The translations under genes and the position numbers were made by a program. Under the pieces are notes generated by a model. The model saw nothing but the letters and a program-made list of their open reading frames with translations, was not told the DNA's origin and searched no databases. From the IMG/VR virus record IMGVR_UViG_3300009159_000084, positions 1 to 56,816 of that record: a stretch of DNA of 56,816 nucleotides, one strand, 5' to 3'. The DNA comes from a virus. Lineage: Duplodnaviria; Caudoviricetes. Of this stretch, positions 9,682 through 18,955 are shown in pieces (positions within the stretch are counted from its first letter, which is position 1; each line of letters starts with the position of its first letter).

Positions 9682-9718
9682 ACCCCGCTAGACATGAACA
9701 TAACGGGGGGTGTATGCT
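9682..9718 (+). promoter_or_regulatory. Promoter of the recombination/replication operon (CCCCG..CGGGG variant)
   Basis: ccccg..taacgggggg-TG-TATGCT upstream of RBS AGGAGAGG and ATG 9750. Confidence 0.5.
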
Positions 9719-9749
9719 CTTGTTAACCCCAAAGCAAGGAGAGGAAAAA

Positions 9750-10304
9750 ATGACTGCAGAAATTAGCATTGACGAATTCGAAACAGAAACAATTCAAGAA
9801 GAGCGCGAACACTTCAAGATTGTTGACGACGCACAGGCCGCATGGGCAATGCGTAAACTGCTCGGCTACCAAAAGAAAATTGAAGAAAACAAAACCATCG
9901 CCGAAGCAGAATTACAACGCATCGACGCATGGCTAGACCACGTCAACTCAAAATTTGACAGCGACATCGGTTACTTTGAAGCCATCCTCGTGCAGTACGC
10001 ACGCAACGAGCGTGTGGTATCTGACCGAAAGACCATTGAAACGCCATATGGCAAGGTCAAGTCCCGTCAGACACAACCCAAGTACACGATTGACGAGACA
10101 GAGTTTCTTCCATGGGCTAAGGTTCATCGCCCTGAGTGGGTACAGACTTTCGAAAAGCCGGTTCTCGCTGAAATCAAAAAGCAGACAGAGATTGAACACA
10201 CAACAACGCTTGGCCCAATCGCCATGACCCCGGATGGAGAAATCGTTCCCGGTGTGCGAGTCGATCCCGCTGCCATTAACTTCACCGTGGAGGTAGACAA
10301 GTGA
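9750..10304 (+). CDS. Mu Gam-like host-nuclease inhibitor
   Basis: F.I.DD..A.WAMRKL, coiled coil, KTIETPYGKVKSR. Confidence 0.75.
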   Translation: MTAEISIDEFETETIQEEREHFKIVDDAQAAWAMRKLLGYQKKIEENKTIAEAELQRIDAWLDHVNSKFDSDIGYFEAILVQYARNERVVSDRKTIETPYGKVKSRQTQPKYTIDETEFLPWAKVHRPEWVQTFEKPVLAEIKKQTEIEHTTTLGPIAMTPDGEIVPGVRVDPAAINFTVEVDK

Positions 10305-10933
10305 AAAGTAATCTGACTAGCGAGCAAATTAACGAACTAATTAAGCCCATCGACCCATCTCGCATTGGCCGTGACGGCAAGGGCTTTAGCCACGTCGAAG
10401 CGTGGGACGTGCGTAAGCGCATGATTCAAATCTTTGGGCCCGCTAACTGGAGTTCTGAGGTTTCGGACATGGAACTCATTTATGAGTCAGTCGACGAGTC
10501 AGGTTCTAAGCCACGTTACTCAGTGGCCTACCGGGCTCGCTGTGAGATTCGAGTTGACCGCCATGTCTACGCCGAATGGGCCGCCGGGGATGCCACAAAC
10601 TACCCAAGCCGCGCTGACGCCCACGATCAGGCTATCAAGACCGCTGAGTCGCAGGCTTTCAAACGTGCTTGCGTGAATCTCGGTGACCAATTCGGTCTCA
10701 GCCTGTACAAGGATGGGTCAGCGGAGGCCACAGTAGGCGAAATCGTGGGACAGGAGCACACTGACGCCATAAACGTGCCTATCTGGATGAGTTCCTTCGA
10801 ACAGGCTGAAAGCCTCTCAGGGCTCGATCTGATCACTTCTGAGATCAAGTCCGCTGACCTAGGCAAAAGCGACCGAGAAACCCTCATCGCGGGATTCCGT
10901 GCAGCAAAGGCCCGCATCGAGGCAGGACAGTGA
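10301..10933 (+). CDS. Rad52/Sak-family single-strand annealing protein
   Basis: FSHVEAWDV..IFG..NWS..AHDQAIKTAESQAFKRAC..LGDQFGLSLY. Confidence 0.85.
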   Translation: MKSNLTSEQINELIKPIDPSRIGRDGKGFSHVEAWDVRKRMIQIFGPANWSSEVSDMELIYESVDESGSKPRYSVAYRARCEIRVDRHVYAEWAAGDATNYPSRADAHDQAIKTAESQAFKRACVNLGDQFGLSLYKDGSAEATVGEIVGQEHTDAINVPIWMSSFEQAESLSGLDLITSEIKSADLGKSDRETLIAGFRAAKARIEAGQ

Positions 10934-11682
10934 GCATTCAGCGCGTCCCCGAAACACCATTTGCACAGATCGCCAACGAAGCCCTACGCGACAGCCGCCT
11001 GTCGTTCAAGGCCCGTGGCCTTCTGGCAATGGTGCTCTCACACTCAGGTGAATGGACAGCGACACTTAAATGGTTGCAGTCACAATCAGAGAAAGACGGG
11101 CGCGAAGCGATACAGACGGCACTCAACGAACTTACTGAATATGGGTACCGTGAAGTGTTCAATGAACGCGACACCGATGGGGAAATTCGGACCATTGTTG
11201 TGTGGAGACACACTGCAGAAGTGCGGATTCCCCGGCCAACGGGAAACCCGGCCACCGGAAATCCCGGCCGCCGGGAAACCCGTGGGGCATTAGAACACCA
11301 TCCTTCAGAACACTATTTATCAGAACACAATAAAGAACTCTCCATCATCGACGAGTCGACGACGGCGTTCGAATGTTTCTGGAATATTTATCCCCGCAAG
11401 GTAGGAAAAGACGCAGCAAGAAAAGCATTCCGTAAAGCAGCGACAGGAACTGACTGGAAAATCATTATTGATGGCGCACGCCGCTATGCTGCAGATCCAA
11501 ACCGCGAAGCAGAATTCACGGCACACCCCACAACGTGGATCAACGCCGGACGATGGAGCGACGAACCACTGCCAGCACGAGGCAACAAACAGCCCGCCTA
11601 CACGACGTACGCGCAAGCAGCAAACGACCTATACGACTTCAACGCCATGATCGAGATTGGACCATCAGATGACCCCTTCTGA
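10930..11682 (+). CDS. Replication initiator-type HTH protein
   Basis: N-term F.QIAN..LRD.RLSFKARGLL wHTH; C-term FWNIYPRKVGK..A..HPTTWIN..RW. Confidence 0.75.
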   Translation: MSIQRVPETPFAQIANEALRDSRLSFKARGLLAMVLSHSGEWTATLKWLQSQSEKDGREAIQTALNELTEYGYREVFNERDTDGEIRTIVVWRHTAEVRIPRPTGNPATGNPGRRETRGALEHHPSEHYLSEHNKELSIIDESTTAFECFWNIYPRKVGKDAARKAFRKAATGTDWKIIIDGARRYAADPNREAEFTAHPTTWINAGRWSDEPLPARGNKQPAYTTYAQAANDLYDFNAMIEIGPSDDPF

Positions 11683-12028
11683 AGCAGCAACAGTCCTTGC
11701 AGTCATCGTCAGCATCGACGCGAGACTCACCGCACGATCCAAAGAGGATGCAGAAAACCGCGCAAAGGCATGGGCACTCACTCTCGACACAGACATGCCC
11801 GTAGAACTCGCACGCGGCCTAGCACTCACTCACTACCGGGAATCAACCGATTCCCTCATGCCAGCATCCCTCAACCGGCTATGGCGCCAGCATCGTAAAA
11901 CCGTTAACGAAGCGCAGCGCATGATCATCGAAGCCGAATCACTACGCGAACAAGCAGAAATTGCCGTACCCATGCCAGAAAACTTCAAGACCCTCATCAA
12001 CGAGGCCATGGAAAAGATCGGACGATGA
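11669..12028 (+). CDS. Putative helicase loader/inhibitor
   Basis: MTPSEAA.VL...AW...HYRES...MPA motif; follows the initiator. Confidence 0.5.
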   Translation: MTPSEAATVLAVIVSIDARLTARSKEDAENRAKAWALTLDTDMPVELARGLALTHYRESTDSLMPASLNRLWRQHRKTVNEAQRMIIEAESLREQAEIAVPMPENFKTLINEAMEKIGR

Positions 12029-12399
12029 AGGTAACCCAATCCGTACGGGATGCTGTACTTGCCAGAGCAAACTACCAATGCGAATACTGTCACGGCTCGC
12101 TGCACGCCATGAGTATCCACCACAGGCAACCACGCCAAATGGGCGGATCCAAAGGATCATTCATTAACGAAGCAGCAAACCTCCTTGCCCTATGCGGATC
12201 AGGAGTAACCGGCTGCCACGGAGAAGTGGAATCCAACAGGGCACGCGCATACGACCTCGGTCTACTCGTACATCGCGGCTACATCCCAGCCCACGTCCCC
12301 TACGCCGACAATCTCGGTCACTGGTGGCTACTCACCGAAGACACAAAAACGCCTATAGAATTCCCATTCATCCACACAACCCCCGGACTAACGAGTTGA
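12025..12399 (+). CDS. HNH endonuclease
   Basis: CEYC..HHRQPR.MGG..NLLALCGSGVTGCHG. Confidence 0.85.
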   Translation: MKVTQSVRDAVLARANYQCEYCHGSLHAMSIHHRQPRQMGGSKGSFINEAANLLALCGSGVTGCHGEVESNRARAYDLGLLVHRGYIPAHVPYADNLGHWWLLTEDTKTPIEFPFIHTTPGLTS

Positions 12400-12445
12400 C
12401 CCCCGGTATGAGTAAGATAGCCCAAACCCCTTCGAGAGGAACACA

Positions 12446-12715
12446 ATGAGCACGATCCAACCCGCAGAAATGATAGACCTAGAGGAAATCAAATCCCTCA
12501 CCGAACTCATTCGCGGCCACCAACGCGCCATTGAAGAAATCTCTACCATCCGCCGCAACCTCATCCTCGGTGTACGCAATAAACGAATCACCTACCGGGA
12601 AATTGCTGCAGCAATGGAAGTAACCGAGCAATCCGTATACAAAATTCTTCGCCCATCCATCGCAACCGCTAAAGCAGCAGCAAAAGCCCAAGCAGAAGCA
12701 AACACAGGCGAATAA
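12446..12715 (+). CDS. HTH DNA-binding protein
   Basis: ITYREIAAAMEVTEQSVYKIL; CCCCGG copies upstream (12381, 12401). Confidence 0.75.
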   Translation: MSTIQPAEMIDLEEIKSLTELIRGHQRAIEEISTIRRNLILGVRNKRITYREIAAAMEVTEQSVYKILRPSIATAKAAAKAQAEANTGE

Positions 12716-13120
12716 ATGCTCACCTTCACAGTAGACGGCGACCCAAAACCACAAGGATCCAAACGTGGTTTCGTCACCAAAACTGGAAGAGTAGCCATGG
12801 TCGAACAAGCAGGAAAACCCCTCAAAGACTGGCGCGAAAAAATTGCGTACACCGCACGGGCAGCCCGCATCGCCTCACATTGGGAACCATACGCCGACGG
12901 GGCCGTAGAAGTAGAAATAGTTTTCCGCATGAAACGGCCCCTCAAACCCAAGTTCCTCGTCCCAGCGGTACGCCCAGACCTCGACAAACTCGTCCGCTCA
13001 GTATTCGACGCCTGCACCACCGCACACATCTGGACAGACGACTCACAAGTGACCCACCTCACAGCAAGAAAAGAATACGGAACACCCGGAATCACGGTCA
13101 CGGTATGGATCAAGAAATAG
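12716..13120 (+). CDS. rusA: RusA-family Holliday junction resolvase
   Basis: GDPKPQGSK, PDLDKLVR..DA..WTDDSQV. Confidence 0.9.
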   Translation: MLTFTVDGDPKPQGSKRGFVTKTGRVAMVEQAGKPLKDWREKIAYTARAARIASHWEPYADGAVEVEIVFRMKRPLKPKFLVPAVRPDLDKLVRSVFDACTTAHIWTDDSQVTHLTARKEYGTPGITVTVWIKK

Positions 13121-13218
13121 TCGTCTACTGCCAACGGTGCAAAGCACCCGAAGCAACCGTCTACAAAGGATGGGCACTCCTATGCCCACAATGCAAAGAA
13201 GACTCAGATGAAGAATAA
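13105..13218 (+). CDS. Small zinc-finger protein
   Basis: CQRC...CPQC; overlaps neighbouring genes. Confidence 0.5.
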   Translation: MDQEIVVYCQRCKAPEATVYKGWALLCPQCKEDSDEE

Positions 13219-13342
13219 ACGCACCCTCCTTGAAGAACGCCTCCACCGTGCATCAATCATCAGTTGGATCATCATCGGTACAGTGATCACCACATGGGTA
13301 GGACTCATGATCACACTCATCACAATCAGGGAAAACACATGA
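13208..13342 (+). CDS. Small membrane protein
   Basis: 44 aa, one TM helix, coupled overlaps. Confidence 0.5.
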   Translation: MKNKRTLLEERLHRASIISWIIIGTVITTWVGLMITLITIRENT

Positions 13343-13425
13343 AAGAATTCTACGGACGCTGGAAATACTCCAAAAAGCGCGGGGCATGGATCTGGAAATG
13401 GAAAAAGCGTAAGGTCAACCCATGA
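13339..13425 (+). CDS. 28-aa Trp/Lys/Arg-rich peptide
   Basis: MKEFYGRWKYSKKRGAWIWKWKKRKVNP; ATGA overlaps at both ends; RBS AGGG. Confidence 0.5.
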   Translation: MKEFYGRWKYSKKRGAWIWKWKKRKVNP

Positions 13426-14555
13426 GCCTCACCCCCCTACGCGAACTCAAAGCACACCCCGAAAACGCACGCCTAGGAAACGTTGACCTCATCGCCCAAT
13501 CATTAGAACACCACGGGCAATACTCGCCCATCGTTATTAACCAAGACAACGTGATACTCGCCGGGCACCACGTTGCTCAAGCAGCAAAAAAACTTGGCTG
13601 GAAAGACATCGAAACAGTCCAAGTAACCGTCAACGCACAACAAGCCCGCAAAATCCTCCTCGCAGACAACCGCACCTCAGACCTCGCCACCTACAACGAA
13701 ACAATCCTCCTCGAACTCATCGAAGCGCTCCCCGACCTAGAAGGCACAGGATTCGGCCCGGCAGACATCGACGCCCTCGACGCCATCATCCACGGAGACA
13801 TCCCCGAACCCCCCACAAAAGGCGAAGAAACACCACCCACCGACATCGTGCAACTCAAACTCGGCCACGCCTTCCAAACAGACATCCCCCGCGACCACTG
13901 GGAAGCATGGAAAGACACCCACCTCACAGACATGAAACGCGGCAAAGCCCTCACCACCATCAAAACCATGCTCCAACTCCCCACCCCATCAAAACCCGAC
14001 CACACACCACCCAAAATCCCCGGCCTCACCGAAACCGTCCCCATACACGACATCACCCCACACCCCACCAACCCACGAGAAGGCGACATCGGGACAGTAG
14101 CCCAATCCCTCGAAACAAACGGCCAATACAAACCCATCACCGTCAACCGCACAACCGGCCACATCATCAAAGGCAACCACACCTACATGGCCGCACGCTC
14201 ACTAGGCTGGGACCGAATCAGCGTCCACTGGATCGACGTCACACTCGAAGAAGAAACCAAAATCCTCCTCATCGACAACCGCACAAGCGACCTCGCCACA
14301 TACAACACAGAAAACCTCAAAACCCTCCTCACAGAAATCCGCGACCTCACAGGAACCGGATACACGCCAAGCGACGCCCACGACATCCTCAACGGAGGCA
14401 CCACACGCCCCGGACCAAAACCCACAGGCCAAACACAAATGAAACTCGCAGAATACGGATGGCGAATGCCCACCGATCTCTACGAACAATGGGCCAACGC
14501 ACTAACCCTCCAAGATGTGATAGAACTACTCCAACTACACACACAACCCCAGTAG
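13422..14555 (+). CDS. Protein with two ParB/Srx N-terminal domains
   Basis: HP.N.R.G....A.SL...GQY.PI.....I..G.H..AA..LGW...DNRTSDLATYN occurs twice. Confidence 0.85.
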   Translation: MSLTPLRELKAHPENARLGNVDLIAQSLEHHGQYSPIVINQDNVILAGHHVAQAAKKLGWKDIETVQVTVNAQQARKILLADNRTSDLATYNETILLELIEALPDLEGTGFGPADIDALDAIIHGDIPEPPTKGEETPPTDIVQLKLGHAFQTDIPRDHWEAWKDTHLTDMKRGKALTTIKTMLQLPTPSKPDHTPPKIPGLTETVPIHDITPHPTNPREGDIGTVAQSLETNGQYKPITVNRTTGHIIKGNHTYMAARSLGWDRISVHWIDVTLEEETKILLIDNRTSDLATYNTENLKTLLTEIRDLTGTGYTPSDAHDILNGGTTRPGPKPTGQTQMKLAEYGWRMPTDLYEQWANALTLQDVIELLQLHTQPQ

Positions 14556-14570
14556 GGATACAATCCTAAA

Positions 14571-15065
14571 ATGGCAATCGAAACCCCCAACGGAAAAAAG
14601 GTCGGCCGCAAAACCGACCTCACCCCCGAACTGCAAGAAAAAATCGTCGGCTACATTCAAGGCGGAAACTACGTTGAAACAGCCGTAGCAGCAGCCGGGA
14701 TAGGCAAGACATCTTTCTATAATTGGATGGACCGAGGAAAAACAATCCAAGACCAAATGAAAGCCGACCCCGAATACACACCCTCAGTTTATGAACTCCC
14801 GTTTGTGGAATTTGTGAACGCTATAGAGGAAGCGCAAGCAAAAGCAGAAGCCCTCCACGTTGCAGTCATCCAAAAGGCCGCAATAACCGGCACATGGCAG
14901 GCATCGTCATGGTGGTTAGAGCGCACGCGGGCTAAGAAGTTTGCTCGTATGGAAAAGACCGAACTGACCGGAGCAGACGGCGGCGCCGTACGCATCGACG
15001 TGTCAACTGAAGATCTTGAGCGTAAAGTGTCCAAGGTTCTGGAGAAGAGAGAAGAAACCCAATGA
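14571..15065 (+). CDS. Terminase small subunit
   Basis: GRKT.LTPE, HTH, WQASSWWLER, ELTGADGGAV; upstream of TerL. Confidence 0.75.
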   Translation: MAIETPNGKKVGRKTDLTPELQEKIVGYIQGGNYVETAVAAAGIGKTSFYNWMDRGKTIQDQMKADPEYTPSVYELPFVEFVNAIEEAQAKAEALHVAVIQKAAITGTWQASSWWLERTRAKKFARMEKTELTGADGGAVRIDVSTEDLERKVSKVLEKREETQ

Positions 15066-15352
15066 GCGTAGTAGCAGCCCGTAAAAAGCCCATCGTTGTA
15101 CAGGCCATGCAGTGGACCGAAGACAACACTGAAGCAATGCAGGAATGGGTAGGCGTCGGTATCGACGGGAAAAGTAAGTTTATGATCGTGCAGCCAATGC
15201 CCGGCATTAAAACGCCGCCCGCATCCATTTGGAACAAATTCCATGACTGGATCGCCGTGTATCAAAACGATTGGATCATTGAAGGCGTAGAAGGCGACTA
15301 CTACCCATGTGACGCCGTGACGTTCGAGGCGACCTATGAGGTAGCCAACTAG
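15062..15352 (+). CDS. Conserved phage hypothetical protein
   Basis: RKKPIVVQAMQW...DWII.GVEG.YYPC..FEATYE motif. Confidence 0.7.
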   Translation: MSVVAARKKPIVVQAMQWTEDNTEAMQEWVGVGIDGKSKFMIVQPMPGIKTPPASIWNKFHDWIAVYQNDWIIEGVEGDYYPCDAVTFEATYEVAN

Positions 15353-15355
15353 CCA

Positions 15356-16975
15356 ATGCGCCTCGTCGACAAAGTGCTCTCCGCTACCACGCAAGAGCGC
15401 TATGAAATCTATGCGGCCCTCTCACCTCAAGAGAAGGCCGCCCTCAACATGCTCTTAGAGTCCGAGATTGATAACCCGTGGGCCATGTATGAGGGTCTAC
15501 CCGTCGAGTTCATTGAGCAGGGCCTAGGGGAAACGCTATGGTCTAAGCAGATCGAGATCGCTCACAGTGTCGTAAAGAACCAGAGAACCGCCGTGAGCGC
15601 CTGTCACGCCCCCGGAAAGAGTCACCTGTCTGCTCGTATCGTGTCGTGGTGGATCGCCTCCCACGCACCCGGTACAGCCCTCGCAATCACCATCGCACCA
15701 ACACACCGTCAGGTCCGCAACATTATCTGGCCCCACATTCGCCGCTGTGCTTACATCGCCAAACTCCCCGGCGAAGTCCTCACACAGACATGGAAAATCA
15801 ACGGCGACCTCGTGGCCTACGGATTCTCCCCGTCCCCATACGATGAAGCAGCCACACAGGGCATCCACGCACCAAACCTCCTCATCGTCGTTGACGAAGC
15901 CGGCGGTATCGGTGAAGTGGTAGGCCGCGCCCTCGAAGCCCTCATGACCGGCGGTAACACGCGCCTCCTACTGCTCGGTAACCCACCAACCGATCAAGAA
16001 GATTCATGGTTCGAACGGTGCTACACGAGTCCCCTGTACCACACGATCCAAATCGGTGCCTACGACACACCAAACTTCACAGGCGAAACCGTGGGAATCT
16101 GTAAAACATGCCCACCACAAGTGTCAGAGCATTTGATCACCAAACACCTCGTGGATCAAAGATGGGTCGATGATGTCATTAGCGAATTTGGTGCAGATTC
16201 CCCATTCGTTGAAGCCCGCGTGTGGGCACGGTTCCCGCGCTCAACAGCGAACAAAGTCATCCCGTTCTCATGGTGCGAGAAATCCATTGAAAACAATGAC
16301 CCCATTCCCTCCGAGGCAATCAGGCTCGGTATCGACATTGCGGCAGACGGCGGTGACGAATTCGTGATCGCTGAAGCAGACGGTTACGTCACTAAAGTTA
16401 TTCACCGCTCTTCAGGATCCGCTAATGAGAATGCCGTGGACGTAGCAAAAATGTGCATGGACCAGATACATGCAGCGGAGGCTAAACACGTTGAGCGGGG
16501 CGTCCTTGAGCCGGTAAAGGTCAAGATTGACACTATCGGCGTTGGTTGGGGTGTCGTGTCCATGTTGCAGAAATGGTCAGATGAAGGCCGCCACAAGGGC
16601 AAGATCATTCCCGTTAACGTTGCCGAGCGTGCCAAGGATCCCGAAAAGTTTCGTAATATTCGTGCTGAATTGTGGTGGAACGGGCGTGCCTTGCTGCAGC
16701 CACGTCAGGACGGATCTCAGGATGTCCGCCTCGATAATGACCGCAAGGTTATGTCACAACTTGCCGGCCCTACTTTCAAGTCAGATAGCAGCGGGCGTAT
16801 ACAGATCGAATCTAAAGTCGATATGAAACGCCGTGGGGTATCAAGCCCTGATCGGGCGGAAGCCGTGCTGCTCGCCCTGTATGAGCCTCCGGGTAAAAAC
16901 ATTCCTAACGTGTCACCGATCACTATTGGTCAAGACAACCAATTCAGTAACCTCAACTTCTCGCCATCGTTCTAA
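15356..16975 (+). CDS. terL: Terminase large subunit
   Basis: Walker A variant CHAPGKS, Walker B IVVDEA, LLGNP, nuclease GIDIA..GGD, SPDRAEA. Confidence 0.92.
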   Translation: MRLVDKVLSATTQERYEIYAALSPQEKAALNMLLESEIDNPWAMYEGLPVEFIEQGLGETLWSKQIEIAHSVVKNQRTAVSACHAPGKSHLSARIVSWWIASHAPGTALAITIAPTHRQVRNIIWPHIRRCAYIAKLPGEVLTQTWKINGDLVAYGFSPSPYDEAATQGIHAPNLLIVVDEAGGIGEVVGRALEALMTGGNTRLLLLGNPPTDQEDSWFERCYTSPLYHTIQIGAYDTPNFTGETVGICKTCPPQVSEHLITKHLVDQRWVDDVISEFGADSPFVEARVWARFPRSTANKVIPFSWCEKSIENNDPIPSEAIRLGIDIAADGGDEFVIAEADGYVTKVIHRSSGSANENAVDVAKMCMDQIHAAEAKHVERGVLEPVKVKIDTIGVGWGVVSMLQKWSDEGRHKGKIIPVNVAERAKDPEKFRNIRAELWWNGRALLQPRQDGSQDVRLDNDRKVMSQLAGPTFKSDSSGRIQIESKVDMKRRGVSSPDRAEAVLLALYEPPGKNIPNVSPITIGQDNQFSNLNFSPSF

Positions 16976-16987
16976 TACACTGGCCTC

Positions 16988-17182
16988 ATGCAAACAATCA
17001 AAAAGTACAGCACGGTGCATGTAAAAATGCTCACTGGGCGTATCCGTCACATGGTGATTGAAACTGTCACCGATCAGAACACGATCAGTGGGCGAGTCGG
17101 ATCGAACACCAACGGGGTTGACGTAAACGCAACCCGGGCCGTCTCAACGACAACCCGGGGTAAGCAGTTCAATCAGGTCTAA
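16988..17182 (+). CDS. Hypothetical protein
   Basis: ORF with -10 box TACACT 6 nt upstream of ATG. Confidence 0.5.
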   Translation: MQTIKKYSTVHVKMLTGRIRHMVIETVTDQNTISGRVGSNTNGVDVNATRAVSTTTRGKQFNQV

Positions 17183-17361
17183 AGATCAATGTCGTGGTTG
17201 TCGTATAAGTACTGGAGCAGAGTGGCGGCGCCACCTGTGATCTCAAGCGCGAGTAAACGTAAGGTTTCAACGTCGTCGTTTTTCAATGCGGTGTCTGCTT
17301 GACGGATGCACTCTCGGACGTAGCGCCAATCTGAGCGGACTTGAGTTTTCGTGGTGTTCAT
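17179..17361 (-). CDS. Hypothetical protein
   Basis: RBS GGAGAGAGG and own promoter element. Confidence 0.65.
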   Translation of the reverse strand: MNTTKTQVRSDWRYVRECIRQADTALKNDDVETLRLLALEITGGAATLLQYLYDNHDIDL

Positions 17362-17388
17362 GGGGTTTCCTCTCTCCGTTGTATTCTC

Positions 17389-17426
17389 AGTATACCATAA
17401 CCGGGGTTAGGTGTTTGTATTGGGGT
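17389..17426 (-). promoter_or_regulatory. CCCCGG/extended -10 promoter
   Basis: Minus strand aaacacctaaccccgg-tta-TG-g-TATACT. Confidence 0.65.
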
Positions 17427-17668
17427 CACTCCTCCACATCGCGTGTCGCAGTACCAAACTTAAAATCACGCTCAAAAAGATCCCGCACAACCAACCACTC
17501 ACTACGGCTATCCCCACGAACAGCGCGATAATTAAGGCTAGGAATAGAAACAGACTCAGACCCGTTCCAATACGAGCCATCCTCCTGTGAAGCATGAAGA
17601 GCAGCACGGCGCACAGCCGCATACTTAGTTTTGAAAGTAGTAATAACGACAACCGTTGAAGTGGACAT
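17426..17668 (-). CDS. Hypothetical protein
   Basis: RBS AAGGA; part of leftward operon. Confidence 0.6.
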   Translation of the reverse strand: MSTSTVVVITTFKTKYAAVRRAALHASQEDGSYWNGSESVSIPSLNYRAVRGDSRSEWLVVRDLFERDFKFGTATRDVEE

Positions 17669-17682
17669 GAATTGTTCCTTTC

Positions 17683-18021
17683 CTAGAACTCGTGAAACCC
17701 AAGGTCATGAAGATCTTCCCGAATGTTGCCCCGCTTAATTTCCCAAGCGGTCAACCGAGCAATCCCCTGATCAATCTGCTTAGCGGACCCCGTGCCATTG
17801 ACTAACCAATAGCGTGTCTGCTTGTAATACTCAGTGGCTTTCTTATCGGCTTCGACCCACCGCTTAACAAGCGATTGGGCTTTCTTGATCGCTGCCCACT
17901 GTTGCTTGGTGATTGTCGGTCCGGCGTAAGTAGCGCCGTTCTTGATGATGTTGGTGACAACGTGTTCGCCGAATTCTTCGACTTTGGTGTATGTCCCGGA
18001 TACGTCCAAAAAGTTGCTCAT
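17683..18021 (-). CDS. Hypothetical protein
   Basis: RBS AAGGGG; ATGA coupling. Confidence 0.6.
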   Translation of the reverse strand: MSNFLDVSGTYTKVEEFGEHVVTNIIKNGATYAGPTITKQQWAAIKKAQSLVKRWVEADKKATEYYKQTRYWLVNGTGSAKQIDQGIARLTAWEIKRGNIREDLHDLGFHEF

Positions 18022-18188
18022 AGTGACCCCTTCACAACGAAGACAAGATGATTATTAACGGAGACTCGGACATTTTCCCCCTGAGTCTCAAGTTCCAGCG
18101 TCACCTTCTCGCCTCGTGCTAAGTGATCGGCTAGCCGACCAATCGCCTCGGCTACTGCGTAATTAGGCTGCTCTCCCGATATTTTCAT
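18018..18188 (-). CDS. Hypothetical protein (56 aa)
   Basis: MKISGEQPNY...KGSL; RBS GAGAGG; not in the ORF track. Confidence 0.6.
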   Translation of the reverse strand: MKISGEQPNYAVAEAIGRLADHLARGEKVTLELETQGENVRVSVNNHLVFVVKGSL

Positions 18189-18216
18189 TTTCTTTCCTCT
18201 CTCTCGCTACATGAAA

Positions 18217-18289
18217 AGCATATCATGCCCCGGGTTAGGTTCATGTATTGGGGGGGTGTGTCGGACACTAAATCGGGGTATGGTAAACT
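18217..18289. promoter_or_regulatory. Divergent pair of CCGGGG/extended -10 promoters
   Basis: Minus: taacccgggg-ca-TG-a-TATGCT; plus: gacactaaatcgggg-ta-TG-g-TAAACT. Confidence 0.65.
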
Positions 18290-18310
18290 ATGTTCTGGAA
18301 GGGAGAACAC

Positions 18311-18883
18311 ATGAGACCACGCGACACACAGCGATCTCGCGTCTATGAGGCCGACAGAGCAATTGCCACATGGGCACAAGAAATATCAAACAACGAACTA
18401 CAAGCCTTCGTTGACAAAGCACTAGACAAACGAGCAATCCGAGCACGATGGGGAGCACGCAAGGTCTACGTCGAACTGGGCAGAGGCGGAGCGCACGGTA
18501 ACTACAATCGAATCAGCCTCGGTGTGCAGACACGAAACCCGCACATTATTTGTCACGAACTTGCGCACTCGCTGACCTCAAATAAGTACGCGGCTCACGG
18601 CCCCGAATACTGCGGCGTATACCTGTTTATTGCCAACGTAATTATTGGGCCGGAATTTGCAAAACAACTTCGTGCGGCGTTCAAAGCGCAAAAAGTTAAA
18701 GTCAACAGAAAAGGCATTCCTCCAATTACTGGCACGGTGGTTGAATCTCGATCCGCAGTTGATCGTCTTGCTCGTCAGCGGGCTAAAGCCGAAGCAACGG
18801 CCAAGATTAAGAAATGGATTGAGACCGGGGTGATTAGCAAAGCGGAAGCGAAGCGCGTGGTTGATTCCGCGACACGCCGATAA
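18311..18883 (+). CDS. HExxH zinc metallohydrolase (SprT/Rv0185-like)
   Basis: RDTQRSRVYEA N-terminus, ICHELAH, HGPEY. Confidence 0.7.
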   Translation: MRPRDTQRSRVYEADRAIATWAQEISNNELQAFVDKALDKRAIRARWGARKVYVELGRGGAHGNYNRISLGVQTRNPHIICHELAHSLTSNKYAAHGPEYCGVYLFIANVIIGPEFAKQLRAAFKAQKVKVNRKGIPPITGTVVESRSAVDRLARQRAKAEATAKIKKWIETGVISKAEAKRVVDSATRR

Positions 18884-18891
18884 GTAATGCA

Positions 18892-18954
18892 CCCCCGGTT
18901 GTAACACTAAACCGGGGGTGTGCTAAACTGGTTATATCAAGGGACGGGAGACCC
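18892..18954 (+). promoter_or_regulatory. CCCCCGG-N13-CCGGGGG promoter plus GGGACGGGAGACCC start-associated sequence
   Basis: Inverted repeat, TG-c-TAAACT, then the 14-mer just before ATG 18956. Confidence 0.75.
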
Positions 18955-18955
18955 A

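Noticed and set aside
13422-14555. Plasmid-prophage ParABS partition system
   Set aside because: No ParA ATPase, and the protein lacks the ParB HTH domain.
13691-14569. Long overlapping alternative-frame and antisense ORFs
   Set aside because: A by-product of the A/C skew, which depletes stop codons.
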